A DNA stretch of 64,000 nucleotides from an uncultured virus (IMG/VR IMGVR_UViG_3300044712_001838) (lineage: Duplodnaviria > Heunggongvirae > Uroviricota > Caudoviricetes), in IMG/VR virus record IMGVR_UViG_3300044712_001838. One strand, written 5' to 3'. Both the position numbers and the translations under genes were made by a program. This document shows positions 9,106 to 18,595 of the stretch, one piece after another. The notes beneath the pieces were generated by a model. That model made no database searches. It had not been told where the DNA came from and worked only from the letters and a program-made list of their open reading frames with translations. The stretch's first letter is position 1; the number at the start of each line of letters is the position of its first letter.

Positions 9106-9462
9106 ATGGAATACGATGACGTTCAAAAAGTCCTTGCTACAATAGACCGCCTGCAAGGAACTTGCTACCTTGAGCTTTGCGCATTGTGCAACATGAAAAT
9201 GGAGCAACTCGTTCCGATCATTGACAAACTGATGAACGACAAACTCGTCAAAGTGATTCCGGAGCCAAACGGCGACATCTCAAGATTCATCGTCGTCCGC
9301 AGGCACAGTCGCGACCTTACACCGATAGACGCCGTATTCTGCGGCGGGTTTCTCGCAATTGTTTTCCTTCTTTTCCTAAACTTCGGAGCCAAGCATGAAT
9401 CTCGAACAAGTCCAACTCCCCAAGGGGCAGAAGCTCAGCCTGCGGAACGACGGCAACCTTGA
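9106..9462 (+). CDS. hypothetical protein with a TM segment
   Basis: RBS AAGGA; hydrophobic GGFLAIVFLLFL. Confidence 0.6.
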   Translation: MEYDDVQKVLATIDRLQGTCYLELCALCNMKMEQLVPIIDKLMNDKLVKVIPEPNGDISRFIVVRRHSRDLTPIDAVFCGGFLAIVFLLFLNFGAKHESRTSPTPQGAEAQPAERRQP

Positions 9463-10255
9463 GCTTTTCTTCATCGGTGTCGGCTCCGCCTTCGCCAAGA
9501 GGAACAGGCAGACCAACTTCCTGATCATCAAAGGCGACGCGCATGTCATGGTCGATTTCGGCATGACTGGACCGACTGCGCTGCACGAAACTGCCGGTCT
9601 CGATGTTACGGACCTCCAGACATTCCTCCCGACTCATTCGCACGCTGATCACGTCGGCGGCTTGGAGGCGGCAGCGTTGATGAACCGCTACGTCGGAATG
9701 AAGTTCATGAAGAAGCCGAAGCTGGAAATGATCATTAACGAGACGTACCAGGAAATCCTATGGGATCGCACGCTTCGCGGCGGCATGGAATGGAACGAGG
9801 AAGAAACGGATACTCACAAGAAGCTGACTTTCTCGGACTTCTTCAATGTTGTCCGTCCGTCATGGGTAACGCGGCAGCCGCGAGAAATATGGCATGTCGA
9901 TTACAAAGGCATTAGCTTGACCATGTTCAGGACAAAGCACATTCCTGACTCGGCACAGGACTGGCAAGCGTCCTTTATCAGCTTCGGGCTGGTGATTGAC
10001 GATCAGGTCTTCGTCTCCTGTGACTCGCGGTTCGATCCCGACCTGTTCGAGATGTTCTCTCACTGTCCGTACGTTTTCCACGACGTTCAATTCTTCCCTG
10101 GTGCCGTCCATGCACCACTGAACGATTTGAGGACAATGACGCATGTCGTTCCGAAAATGCGTCTGATGCATTACGGCGACAATTGGGACCAGCAAGATAT
10201 CTCTGGCTTCGCCGGATGGACGCTGCCTGGTGTTCGATACATTTTCAAAAAGTAG
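9395..10255 (+). CDS. metallo-beta-lactamase fold hydrolase (RNase Z/phosphodiesterase-like)
   Basis: FIGVGSAF, VDFG, THSHADHVGG, FHDVQ, VHA, LMHYGD. Confidence 0.85.
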   Translation: MNLEQVQLPKGQKLSLRNDGNLELFFIGVGSAFAKRNRQTNFLIIKGDAHVMVDFGMTGPTALHETAGLDVTDLQTFLPTHSHADHVGGLEAAALMNRYVGMKFMKKPKLEMIINETYQEILWDRTLRGGMEWNEEETDTHKKLTFSDFFNVVRPSWVTRQPREIWHVDYKGISLTMFRTKHIPDSAQDWQASFISFGLVIDDQVFVSCDSRFDPDLFEMFSHCPYVFHDVQFFPGAVHAPLNDLRTMTHVVPKMRLMHYGDNWDQQDISGFAGWTLPGVRYIFKK

Positions 10256-10263
10256 AGGTAGCC

Positions 10264-10683
10264 ATGAGAGTCGACAACTTCAACGGAAAAACTCCGGCAA
10301 TAACAGGCGAAATTATCGTAAATGGAATGGTCGAAGGTCTCGATTATGAAATTGTCGAGATCAACAACCCCAAATTTCTCGAACCAGTCAGACACTCAGA
10401 ACCGCCCAAAGTAGGGGAAATAATCTCAATAGACCACGACTTCCAGCCGGACGAAAACGGTTACAATGGCTATGAATTTCTATCCTTGATAATCGGAAGA
10501 ACTACTCCAGAAGGCGGCATCCACAACTATGTAAGATACTTCAAAAACCTGGCAGAACTGAAAGAGGTCCTTGACGGCAACAAATTCAAGTTGGACAAAC
10601 GAATCGCGATACAAAGAATAACGGAACTGAAAAGAAAGATAAAAGAAATAAGCGACGCCTACGGAATTGAAAGGGACATATGA
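10264..10683 (+). CDS. hypothetical protein
   Basis: GAGG RBS; visibly more AT-rich than neighbours. Confidence 0.7.
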   Translation: MRVDNFNGKTPAITGEIIVNGMVEGLDYEIVEINNPKFLEPVRHSEPPKVGEIISIDHDFQPDENGYNGYEFLSLIIGRTTPEGGIHNYVRYFKNLAELKEVLDGNKFKLDKRIAIQRITELKRKIKEISDAYGIERDI

Positions 10684-10880
10684 ACCCCGTACTTTACACT
10701 CCGGAAGAAATTCGCAAGCTGGTCTATCTCAATGAGAAACGACGCCAGCAGGCGTCGGACATGTACAAACAACTCATGATGAATTACAAACGCGATTTGG
10801 CTGGCATTCAAAAGGTATGCTTCCACCCTCGAATTGTAGACAAGCATTGTCGTGATTGCGGCAAAAAGGTTGGCAAATGA
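10680..10880 (+). CDS. small protein with C-terminal CxxC
   Basis: ATGA coupling; CFH...CRDCGK. Confidence 0.6.
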   Translation: MNPVLYTPEEIRKLVYLNEKRRQQASDMYKQLMMNYKRDLAGIQKVCFHPRIVDKHCRDCGKKVGK

Positions 10881-11518
10881 AAGACATTAAGTCCCAAACT
10901 GAAGCTTTCGTCCAGCCGTTCTGCAAAGGCGACTTCAGCGGGCATGATTGGTGGCACGTCCATCGCGTCCGAAACTTGGCGTTAAAATTCGCCAAGGAAG
11001 AAGGCGGAGCGGACTTGCAAATTGTTGAGGCAGCAGCTTTGCTCCATGATATCGACGACTGGAAGCTCCGCTCGCCCGGAGATCCATATGTCGAGCCTTT
11101 CCTAAAATCCGTTCTAGGGGATAACGCTCCAGAGATCGAATTGATCTGCGGGATCATCTACGACATTTCGTTCAAGGGCGCGAATGTCCAAACCCCGCAA
11201 AAAACAATCGAGGGCAAGTGCGTCCAAGACGCCGATAGGCTGGACGCTATCGGAGCAATCGGGATAGCCCGCGTCTTTGCCTTCGGCGGTCGCCACAATA
11301 GACCGATTCATGATCCAGAGTACGTCCCGAGCCTGCATACAGACTTTGAATCGTACAAACGGAGCGATTCGACTTCCATTGGACACTTCTACGAGAAGCT
11401 TCTGCACATTCAGGGTAAGATGCAGACCAATGCTGGCCGCCGGATTGCCGAGGAGCGTAGTAAGTACACGAAAGATTTCTTGGCAAGGTTCCTAGACGAG
11501 TGGGCGTCTAAAGCCTGA
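10877..11518 (+). CDS. HD-domain phosphohydrolase (YpgQ/YedJ-like)
   Basis: GHDWWHVHRV, LLHDIDD, VQDADRLDAIGAIGIAR, HFYEKLL. Confidence 0.9.
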   Translation: MKDIKSQTEAFVQPFCKGDFSGHDWWHVHRVRNLALKFAKEEGGADLQIVEAAALLHDIDDWKLRSPGDPYVEPFLKSVLGDNAPEIELICGIIYDISFKGANVQTPQKTIEGKCVQDADRLDAIGAIGIARVFAFGGRHNRPIHDPEYVPSLHTDFESYKRSDSTSIGHFYEKLLHIQGKMQTNAGRRIAEERSKYTKDFLARFLDEWASKA

Positions 11519-11524
11519 TTTTAA

Positions 11525-11552
11525 TTGACATCGCACGCCAACCTGATAAAGT
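11525..11552 (+). promoter_or_regulatory. sigma70-like promoter, likely leaderless transcript
   Basis: TTGACA-N16-TAAAGT, ATG 6 nt downstream, no RBS. Confidence 0.6.
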
Positions 11553-11558
11553 GAAGCC

Positions 11559-12122
11559 ATGAAGATTAAGGACCTGATCCCAATGCAGGACGGTCTTCGG
11601 CTCAATGCCGAAGAGTTGGAACGAATGCATGTATTCGTCCGGAACGGCGGAACGTTTGACAAGGCTTCTCTCCAAACCTATGACAATGCTCGGACCGGGC
11701 TGATCGCTATCTCCAAGGTCCCAAGTGCTGATCCGTCGAACGCGACTAGGGCGAAAGACGGTCATTACTACTTTATCCGCGACGGGTTGCATCGCTGCTG
11801 CGTCATCAGCCTCTCCCGAGACCACCTTCGCGACGGCGAATATGTCATTGAGGATCGGGCTATCGAAGACTTCGCGTTACCGAATTTCGAGTGCGGATGG
11901 GTTACCCCTTTCGACCCCCGTAGACAAGTCAGAAAGAATGACTTCTACGACTACAAGAAACGTGTCTTGTCGATGATCGGCAACAAGAGCGAATCTGAGA
12001 TTTTCGACTACATTTTTAGCCATGTCGCCGACTACTGCACGGAACGGCAATGGTATACTATGGACGTCCGCCAGTTCGTCGTCCAAGTCGAAGCCGCCTT
12101 GAAAAGGAGATCCAACCAATGA
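11559..12122 (+). CDS. ParB/sulfiredoxin-like domain protein
   Basis: KIKDLIPMQ start and YYFIRDGLHR resemble the ParB/Srx DGxHR motif. Confidence 0.5.
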   Translation: MKIKDLIPMQDGLRLNAEELERMHVFVRNGGTFDKASLQTYDNARTGLIAISKVPSADPSNATRAKDGHYYFIRDGLHRCCVISLSRDHLRDGEYVIEDRAIEDFALPNFECGWVTPFDPRRQVRKNDFYDYKKRVLSMIGNKSESEIFDYIFSHVADYCTERQWYTMDVRQFVVQVEAALKRRSNQ

Positions 12123-12355
12123 TGACTTGCGCATGTTGCAAAGGTTCAACAAAAAAGCTTTTTCTTGATTGGGTTCAAATTGAAACGTGTTCGACCGTAA
12201 GTAGGTACATTTGCGCCGTCTGCTACGACACGAAGCATGGCGTCGGCTCCAGTCAGTATGAGCACAACGCCATCACAGTTACAGGCGACGTATTCATTCC
12301 AGGGACTGTCCAACTAACGTCGGAATACTTCGTAGCGGGAACAATAACACTATGA
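12119..12355 (+). CDS. small Zn-finger-like protein
   Basis: CACC ... CAVC; ATGA coupling. Confidence 0.55.
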   Translation: MMTCACCKGSTKKLFLDWVQIETCSTVSRYICAVCYDTKHGVGSSQYEHNAITVTGDVFIPGTVQLTSEYFVAGTITL

Positions 12356-12708
12356 GAGATCGGAACGAAGGACTTGTTGTAGCGGTCGCCTGCTTGGCGT
12401 TGTTCTTCATGTGTGGAGCCGCAATTAAGTTCGTAACCGGATTTTCCGCTGTCAGCGAGCCTGTTGTCGCAACTCCGAAGGACGAGGAAACGTTGGTGAG
12501 GCGCATCGAGAGATTGCGCGGACTTGAGATCAACCAGATTCCGTCCAGTGTCCCGCCTCCAACGGAGGCGACGAAAGACTACAACCCGGCAGAGAAGATG
12601 CCTCAAGATTACTCGGCAAAAGAAGGTAATATCTACTTGGGACAAACCCAATTCAGGATGGATTGTCCGCACTGTAACAAGAAGATCATCGTTCTGTTTA
12701 AGCCCTAG
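12352..12708 (+). CDS. membrane-anchored protein with C-terminal CPHC motif
   Basis: N-terminal TM; CPHCNKKI; same layout as 2605-2901. Confidence 0.7.
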   Translation: MRDRNEGLVVAVACLALFFMCGAAIKFVTGFSAVSEPVVATPKDEETLVRRIERLRGLEINQIPSSVPPPTEATKDYNPAEKMPQDYSAKEGNIYLGQTQFRMDCPHCNKKIIVLFKP

Positions 12709-12716
12709 GAGGCGGC

Positions 12717-13457
12717 ATGAAAAGAACACATTTCGCAACCACAAACAACAACCCCAAGGTGTTGCGAATCCTATGTAATACGGTAGTCCAAGCACACGCT
12801 CCCGTTCAACCCCTCGGGAAGAGCAATGCTGACAAATTGTTCTTTCATATGTGGGTATGGGACTACGAAGCCCGAAAACACAAAATGTTCCTCGTTGGCA
12901 AACAAGGGTTGAACGACTTGGCATTTGCCCTAAATGCCGCAGGTTCTGCCCATCTCGCTTTTTCGGTAAAAAATGAATGGCACGACCGTTTCCCACGAAG
13001 AAAATTCTTCGCTCTCGACAAGTTTATACACGAAGACGACGAAAAGATCGTGCAATGTGCGCTTGAACAGTCGGGACTAACCCTAGTCGAAGCTCTAGCT
13101 AGAAGAGGCTTGCCAGTTTTTACAGCGACACAGGGCTTTACGCCGCCCGCTCCGTTCCAATGGTTGACGAACCATGAGGTTTCGCAACTTCCCGCCGTAC
13201 TTGAAAAAGTCAACAAAGAGAGAGCGGAACAAAACGAAAAGTACCGACCAGGTTTGAAGCCTGGAAATTTGACATTCGTACAACAAATGGGTCGTGGCTT
13301 GAGGACCGAACAGACGTCAACGGATGCCGTCTTGACCGCCCTTTACGACGCCTCGAAGGAACCATCGTCGCCTGAGCGCGCAACGAGAATCGCAAGCCTC
13401 ATGCAGCAATACACGCAGGCGACCGGAAATACACAGTTACCTGGATTCTTGCGGTAG
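12717..13457 (+). CDS. hypothetical protein
   Basis: GGAGG RBS, 246 aa. Confidence 0.75.
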   Translation: MKRTHFATTNNNPKVLRILCNTVVQAHAPVQPLGKSNADKLFFHMWVWDYEARKHKMFLVGKQGLNDLAFALNAAGSAHLAFSVKNEWHDRFPRRKFFALDKFIHEDDEKIVQCALEQSGLTLVEALARRGLPVFTATQGFTPPAPFQWLTNHEVSQLPAVLEKVNKERAEQNEKYRPGLKPGNLTFVQQMGRGLRTEQTSTDAVLTALYDASKEPSSPERATRIASLMQQYTQATGNTQLPGFLR

Positions 13458-13468
13458 AATGGAAAGCC

Positions 13469-13849
13469 ATGGACAGAACGAGCAAACTTAACAAGGTTTG
13501 TAGCTTGATCGCAAGGATTCGCGCCAAGTATCCAAACAGCCATGAAAAAGCATCGAAGATGCTTGACCGACTTTTCCGCTTGAAGGGAATCCTTGAGTCG
13601 CCGGAAGAGGAAGTATTTTTCCTGTTCAAGGATGGGAGCAAAATCGCAAAAGTTGTTTCGGCGGTAATTAAGAAGACCAAAGTAAAGCCGTCAAGAATAA
13701 AAGTACTCCCGCGACTCGGAGTACTGTTCATCAAAGGCTCGTCTGAATTGGTTCAAGAGTTGAGGCAAAACGACGAGATAAAAAGCAGCTTCGACCCTCA
13801 GTTAACGGAACCCGGTATATGGATGTCTCAAGAACGACCGAAGAAATGA
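13469..13849 (+). CDS. basic hypothetical protein
   Basis: Tiles with neighbours. Confidence 0.65.
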   Translation: MDRTSKLNKVCSLIARIRAKYPNSHEKASKMLDRLFRLKGILESPEEEVFFLFKDGSKIAKVVSAVIKKTKVKPSRIKVLPRLGVLFIKGSSELVQELRQNDEIKSSFDPQLTEPGIWMSQERPKK

Positions 13850-14103
13850 TCGCCTTTTACCAAAACCAAGCCGACGAGGCTCGCAGTGCGATCAAGAGTC
13901 AACTTCAACAAATGTCGATCATTACCGCCCGTTGCGCGGAAGCAGCAGCGAACGGACAAGAAGACTTTCTGATGTGGCTTTCAAATGCCAACTTTTTGGA
14001 TAACGCGAATACGGTCGCCTTTTGGGCGATGAAGTACACCGCTGCGATGTCGGCATTGAAGGCGGTCAAGGAAGGTAAAATCTACAAGGTACACAGTCTA
14101 TGA
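13846..14103 (+). CDS. hypothetical protein
   Basis: ATGA coupling. Confidence 0.65.
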   Translation: MIAFYQNQADEARSAIKSQLQQMSIITARCAEAAANGQEDFLMWLSNANFLDNANTVAFWAMKYTAAMSALKAVKEGKIYKVHSL

Positions 14104-14606
14104 AGCTCTACCTTATTACGTTCAGCCATCGAGATCGATTCCCAATCGTCCTAAATGGACCGGACGAGTGTGACTTGGAAGAGCTTCGTCGGCAACACTT
14201 CAGAAGCGGAAGCGAAAAGCTGTTTTGGGAAGCATTGATTGCGTCCGGCGAATTCTCAAAAGCTGAATACCAGGATTTCGACTACGACTATTCGGTTGAG
14301 AAAGAACGTAGAGACGAGCAAGTCAAACATTGCGCTCCTAATTGGGAAGCATTCATCTCCCAATTCAAGAAACTCGCTAAAGGCGTAAAGAGAGAAGACA
14401 TTTATCCCGCAGATGACCCAGGGATTATGGCATTCGGATGGCTCATTACCAAACCGGACGGTTCGGGGCATTGGATCGGAATTCAGATGCCTAAATGCAA
14501 AGACATGCCGGCCGGACTCCGCTCGATAGACCGAAACAAGCTGACAACTGTTCTGCACTCGATGTCACAAGAAGAAGGAGGAGAGGAATCGTGTTTGAAT
14601 TCTTGA
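14100..14606 (+). CDS. hypothetical protein
   Basis: ATGA coupling. Confidence 0.7.
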   Translation: MKLYLITFSHRDRFPIVLNGPDECDLEELRRQHFRSGSEKLFWEALIASGEFSKAEYQDFDYDYSVEKERRDEQVKHCAPNWEAFISQFKKLAKGVKREDIYPADDPGIMAFGWLITKPDGSGHWIGIQMPKCKDMPAGLRSIDRNKLTTVLHSMSQEEGGEESCLNS

Positions 14607-14797
14607 CGAACCTGTTCGCAGCCGACCAACTGGCTCAAAGCGTGTACCCCGTTACGGAGCCGCTCGATCCAGAGTTTGGACTTGGATTCTGGACCAAGCA
14701 TACGCTTTACATCAAGAACAATGCTTGGCAAAACGGCGAGAGCGGCTTCGTTACCTTCGATTGCCCGTGCCCCCGAAGTATCTCGCCCAAAAGTTGA
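14591..14797 (+). CDS. hypothetical protein
   Basis: GAGG RBS, GTG start. Confidence 0.5.
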   Translation: MFEFLTNLFAADQLAQSVYPVTEPLDPEFGLGFWTKHTLYIKNNAWQNGESGFVTFDCPCPRSISPKS

Positions 14798-15079
14798 AGA
14801 CCCTGACTCTCTCCAACGGCAACACGTTGCAGTACTTAGCCGTTACTGACGTTGCTCCGGATACAAGCATCTTCAGCAATTTTGCTGGCTCGAAGTGGAT
14901 CAACGAACAAAGCAATCGAAAGGCTAAAACCGCGCAAGTACGGCGGTCTTCGAGGCGAATGGGCTAAGTAATTTTTCGGATTTTCCTTGCGCGTTAACAA
15001 AGCTGCTGTATTATTTGTCCAACGCCCGAGCAAACGCATCTCTGGAGAGACGGTTTGCTCGGCAGGTTGGAGAACGACC

Positions 15080-15367
15080 ATGGACAAGTGGCAAAAAGAG
15101 ACTGCCGCGCTACAGGCGGCAATCGACAACATTAACAACTGGTCCGGACGCAAAGGCGAAAAACCGTTGCTCGGCATCGCCTGCTGTTCCTACTGCGGGC
15201 AGCCGTTTCCGGCACAGGTCCAAGACCTCGCCCTCGGCGAAAAGCGAGACTACCGATGGCTCTGTTCCGATCCCGCTTGCGAGAAGGCTAAGAAGGACGA
15301 ACGGCGACAGATTGATCGCGAAGTCCGCCGTCGCGTCCGTGCTCGCCTCTCCGCCGCCACCGCCTGA
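15080..15367 (+). CDS. Zn-finger-like hypothetical protein
   Basis: GGAG RBS; CSYC ... CSDPAC. Confidence 0.7.
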   Translation: MDKWQKETAALQAAIDNINNWSGRKGEKPLLGIACCSYCGQPFPAQVQDLALGEKRDYRWLCSDPACEKAKKDERRQIDREVRRRVRARLSAATA

Positions 15368-15375
15368 GCCCATTT

Positions 15376-15410
15376 TCAAGTCGAGACGGATAGCCTCCGT
15401 CTCGACTTGA
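15376..15410. repeat. perfect 15-bp inverted repeat (terminator or operator)
   Basis: TCAAGTCGAGACGGA-TAGCC-TCCGTCTCGACTTGA. Confidence 0.85.
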
Positions 15411-15466
15411 CTAAATCCCGCCCCTTGACTGTTCTGTAAAAACCGTCATTTAGTTAAGTTTTCTTC

Positions 15467-15494
15467 TTGCGCTTCACGCCAATACAGATATATT
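15467..15494 (+). promoter_or_regulatory. sigma70-like promoter, likely leaderless transcript
   Basis: TTGCGC-N16-TATATT, ATG 6 nt downstream. Confidence 0.5.
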
Positions 15495-15500
15495 CACGGC

Positions 15501-15983
15501 ATGAAGACAACGTATGTCAAAACCATCTTAAGCTTCGCCATCGGAATCCTGATATTCCTCGCAGTCGCCTTCCCGAGTGCAAAGTTGCTCAAGACAAACT
15601 CCGAATACATCGAGTACCTACCCTTGCTCATATTCGGATGGTGCGGAGCTTACCTCATATTCCGCGCTTTCCTGATCTTCATCTTTGAGATTTGCGACAG
15701 CGTCGCTGAAGCTGTCAAGGCTCATACGGTCAAAGGTTATTCTTGGAGAGGCTCTGCCGCCTGTTGGACTGGCGAGAAGCGCGGAATGCAGCATTGTTCC
15801 GGATGCCTCGACCTTGAATGCGGCGACAATACCAGCCCGCCGATGAAATGCTTGTGCGATTGCGGGCACGAGCGGGGCATGCATGTGCGCTTCGATGGCG
15901 ACCACCCCTGTCGTTTTTGCGCTTGCGAAGCGTATACCGAGAAGGTCGATCACCCTAACGAAGGAGTTCAGCATGAAGTTTAG
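15501..15983 (+). CDS. two-TM protein with Cys/His-rich C-terminus
   Basis: Two TM segments then CSGC, CLCDCGH...H, CRFCAC. Confidence 0.7.
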   Translation: MKTTYVKTILSFAIGILIFLAVAFPSAKLLKTNSEYIEYLPLLIFGWCGAYLIFRAFLIFIFEICDSVAEAVKAHTVKGYSWRGSAACWTGEKRGMQHCSGCLDLECGDNTSPPMKCLCDCGHERGMHVRFDGDHPCRFCACEAYTEKVDHPNEGVQHEV

Positions 15984-16413
15984 ACTGCTCGCGCCCATCC
16001 TGCTTCTCGCCCTCACCGCCTGCTCCGAGCGGGAACTCTCCGAAAAGGAAATGGCTCATGACGACTTGCGGAACATCATCCGCACGGCTCTTCGCGTCGC
16101 TCCCGTCCCTCAAGACGAAGCAAGCGACGATGCGATCGCGGAGCGGGTCGCCTCCAAAGCAGACGAGTTTTCAGATTTGTGCAAGGCAATGGATGCCGTC
16201 GTAGCCCCGACGAAATCCGGCGCGCTCGAAGGCGACGTCTACCCGTTCCTGAAGATGCAAGACTTCTCGAATCGCAATGGGTTCGGAACCCGCGTTCGCT
16301 TCATCTCGGAAAAAGACTCGCGTAAGCTTTACTCAGTACTGTCAAAGTACGTCATCCGTAAGGAAGACGAAACGAAGGCTCGCGTGTCCCGAGAGATCGC
16401 CAACATCAAATAA
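15973..16413 (+). CDS. putative lipoprotein
   Basis: AAGGAG RBS; MKFRLLAPILLLALTAC lipobox. Confidence 0.75.
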   Translation: MKFRLLAPILLLALTACSERELSEKEMAHDDLRNIIRTALRVAPVPQDEASDDAIAERVASKADEFSDLCKAMDAVVAPTKSGALEGDVYPFLKMQDFSNRNGFGTRVRFISEKDSRKLYSVLSKYVIRKEDETKARVSREIANIK

Positions 16414-16447
16414 AAGTTCGGCAACGACCTTACCCCAAGAGGACAAC

Positions 16448-17530
16448 ATGGAATTCGCGATTCGCGTAACGGATCGGTGTAACCTGAACTGTGAGTACTG
16501 TTACGCCAGGGTAAAAGACCCGAAGGACATGGACACGGAAACCTTGGAGCGTGTCTTGCGGCAAGTCCTCCAACTTTCCAAAGGTCCCGTCGTCATCAGT
16601 TGGACCGGCGGCGAGCCCTTGACAAGAGGACACGGTTTCTTCTCCAAGATCGAGAGCGTTCAACGCGAGTTGGGCGCGGCCAATTTTACGAACATCTTGC
16701 AAAGCAACCTTATCCTGCTTGACGACTGGTTCGTCCAGTTCCTTGCACGTAACAACTTCCAAGTCAGGACGAGCCTCGACCTTCCGCGCGAGTATCACGA
16801 TCAGTTGCGCCGAGAAGGCGACTTCGAACGTTCTGTCAAAAGCGTCGAACTCTTGCGATCCGCTGGCGTTTTCGTAAATGTCAATACTGTCGTCACCGAG
16901 AAGAACATCGGGAGACCCGACGAGATATACGCGAGCTTAAAGCAACTCAAGATCAAGAGTTTTTCGGTATCTCGCCTCGTCCAGCAAGGAAACGCGGTCG
17001 CGCATCCAGAGCTTCACGTCTACGACAACGAAGCCTTCGGCAGGTTCCTCGTGCGACTGTTCGACCTTTGGACATCCGATACCGAGCCTCTCATCGAACG
17101 CATTACGCCTCTTGACAAGCTGTTGCGCGCCTGCCAAACAGGAGGACGCGACGAAAACTCCAAGTGCTTCCATTGTCAAAGCCAAATGTTCGCCATCGGT
17201 CCTACAGGCGACGTCTTCCCGTCGTGTAATAAATTCTTTGCGCTTCCGGATACTTGTCTCGGAAATGTCCATTTCAAGGACCTTCAAGATATTGTCGCCT
17301 CCAACGAGCGCAAGCAGTTCCTCGCTTCAACAGGCGACGTCTCCGGAAGAGTTTGCAGCAAGTGCGAATACGTAGACCTTTGCGAGGGCGGGTGCTATTA
17401 CGTAGCGCATACGGCAAGGATTCGCGGGGAAGACATGCATACTCGCGAGCGGTTCTGCAAAGGGTACTACCTAGTCTTCAAACGGATTCTCGAACATCTT
17501 AACGGAGGCGGAAAATGTCCTGTCAGCTAA
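16448..17530 (+). CDS. radical SAM/SPASM domain protein
   Basis: CNLNCEYC, WTGGEP, C-terminal C...GDVFPSC...CSKCEYVDLCEGGC...C. Confidence 0.92.
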   Translation: MEFAIRVTDRCNLNCEYCYARVKDPKDMDTETLERVLRQVLQLSKGPVVISWTGGEPLTRGHGFFSKIESVQRELGAANFTNILQSNLILLDDWFVQFLARNNFQVRTSLDLPREYHDQLRREGDFERSVKSVELLRSAGVFVNVNTVVTEKNIGRPDEIYASLKQLKIKSFSVSRLVQQGNAVAHPELHVYDNEAFGRFLVRLFDLWTSDTEPLIERITPLDKLLRACQTGGRDENSKCFHCQSQMFAIGPTGDVFPSCNKFFALPDTCLGNVHFKDLQDIVASNERKQFLASTGDVSGRVCSKCEYVDLCEGGCYYVAHTARIRGEDMHTRERFCKGYYLVFKRILEHLNGGGKCPVS

Positions 17531-18552
17531 GGTGCATCAAGTTTCAGGTCGGCTTTGCCTGCAACATGGCTTGCCCCTTTTGCCTTGTCCAAGGTCAAAA
17601 TACGAACTCAGCCCTGAGCGTTCCGACCATCCTGAACGCGTTCGCTGATGAGACATTGCGTAAGAACCTCCAACGCGTCGTCGTCACGGGCGGGGAACCA
17701 ACGTTGCCGCAATACTTGCCGCTGACGTTGAGAATCATCAATCAAGCTGTCCAGTGCGGGGCAAGCTCAACGATCTACTCCAACGGCAAGTTGTTAACAG
17801 ATGATATCCTCCAATCCTTGAAGAAGACAGGCTTGACCGAGATCCGGTTGTCGTTGTATGACCCCATCGACTGGCAGGAATACAAAGAAACCTTGGATCG
17901 CATGGAAGGCAATGGCTTCAAGCGGTTCTTGAAGTTTACCGTTACCCGCGAATCCTTCGCCGGACTCGGTCGCCTGTTGGAAAACCTTGGAACATTGCGC
18001 CCCGACCGTTTCCAAATCAAGCCGTTCAACCAAACTGGCATCCCGTCGGTCGACGAGCGGCACGAAATGCTGCCGGAACAGGTCCTAGAGATGTCCCGCA
18101 TCATGCTCGACTATCGACGGAAGGCGACATTCCAGGTTGATCTCCTGCCGCTCTGCTACGAATTTCTTGTAGAGGATGTTCCGGTAGAGAAAATTGCCAA
18201 ATGCAACTGCGGAAAAGGAAGCGAGGGCTACCTCGTCCTCGATCCAAAAGGCTTCGTCTATCCGTGCGGCGCGTACGCCGAGAATATCGGCAATGTCAAT
18301 ACGCCAGGCACCAGTCTCTCTCAAATCTGGAACGATTCTAAACTACTGAAGCAAATTCGCAACTTGGAATCCTTACCGCCTGATGAATGCCAAGGTTGCA
18401 AACACTTCAACGTTTGCAAGGTCAACGATTGTCATAGTACTACCTTCAACTTCTACCGCAACTTCTTGCGCGGCAACCCGCAATGCCCGATTTTGGCTCG
18501 CAAACGTTTCGCATCGAAAGGAATCTCCGAATTCACCAACAAAAACGCTTGA
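17515..18552 (+). CDS. radical SAM/SPASM domain protein
   Basis: CNMACPFC, VTGGEP, C...GFVYPC...CQGCKHFNVCKVNDC...C. Confidence 0.92.
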   Translation: MSCQLRCIKFQVGFACNMACPFCLVQGQNTNSALSVPTILNAFADETLRKNLQRVVVTGGEPTLPQYLPLTLRIINQAVQCGASSTIYSNGKLLTDDILQSLKKTGLTEIRLSLYDPIDWQEYKETLDRMEGNGFKRFLKFTVTRESFAGLGRLLENLGTLRPDRFQIKPFNQTGIPSVDERHEMLPEQVLEMSRIMLDYRRKATFQVDLLPLCYEFLVEDVPVEKIAKCNCGKGSEGYLVLDPKGFVYPCGAYAENIGNVNTPGTSLSQIWNDSKLLKQIRNLESLPPDECQGCKHFNVCKVNDCHSTTFNFYRNFLRGNPQCPILARKRFASKGISEFTNKNA

Positions 18553-18576
18553 CACAATCTTGCCGCATGGTATGTT
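18549..18576 (+). promoter_or_regulatory. sigma70-like promoter
   Basis: TTGACA-N16-TATGTT with TGn extension; near-duplicate at 23395. Confidence 0.65.
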
Positions 18577-18595
18577 GCCTTGCGAGGTGGAAACC

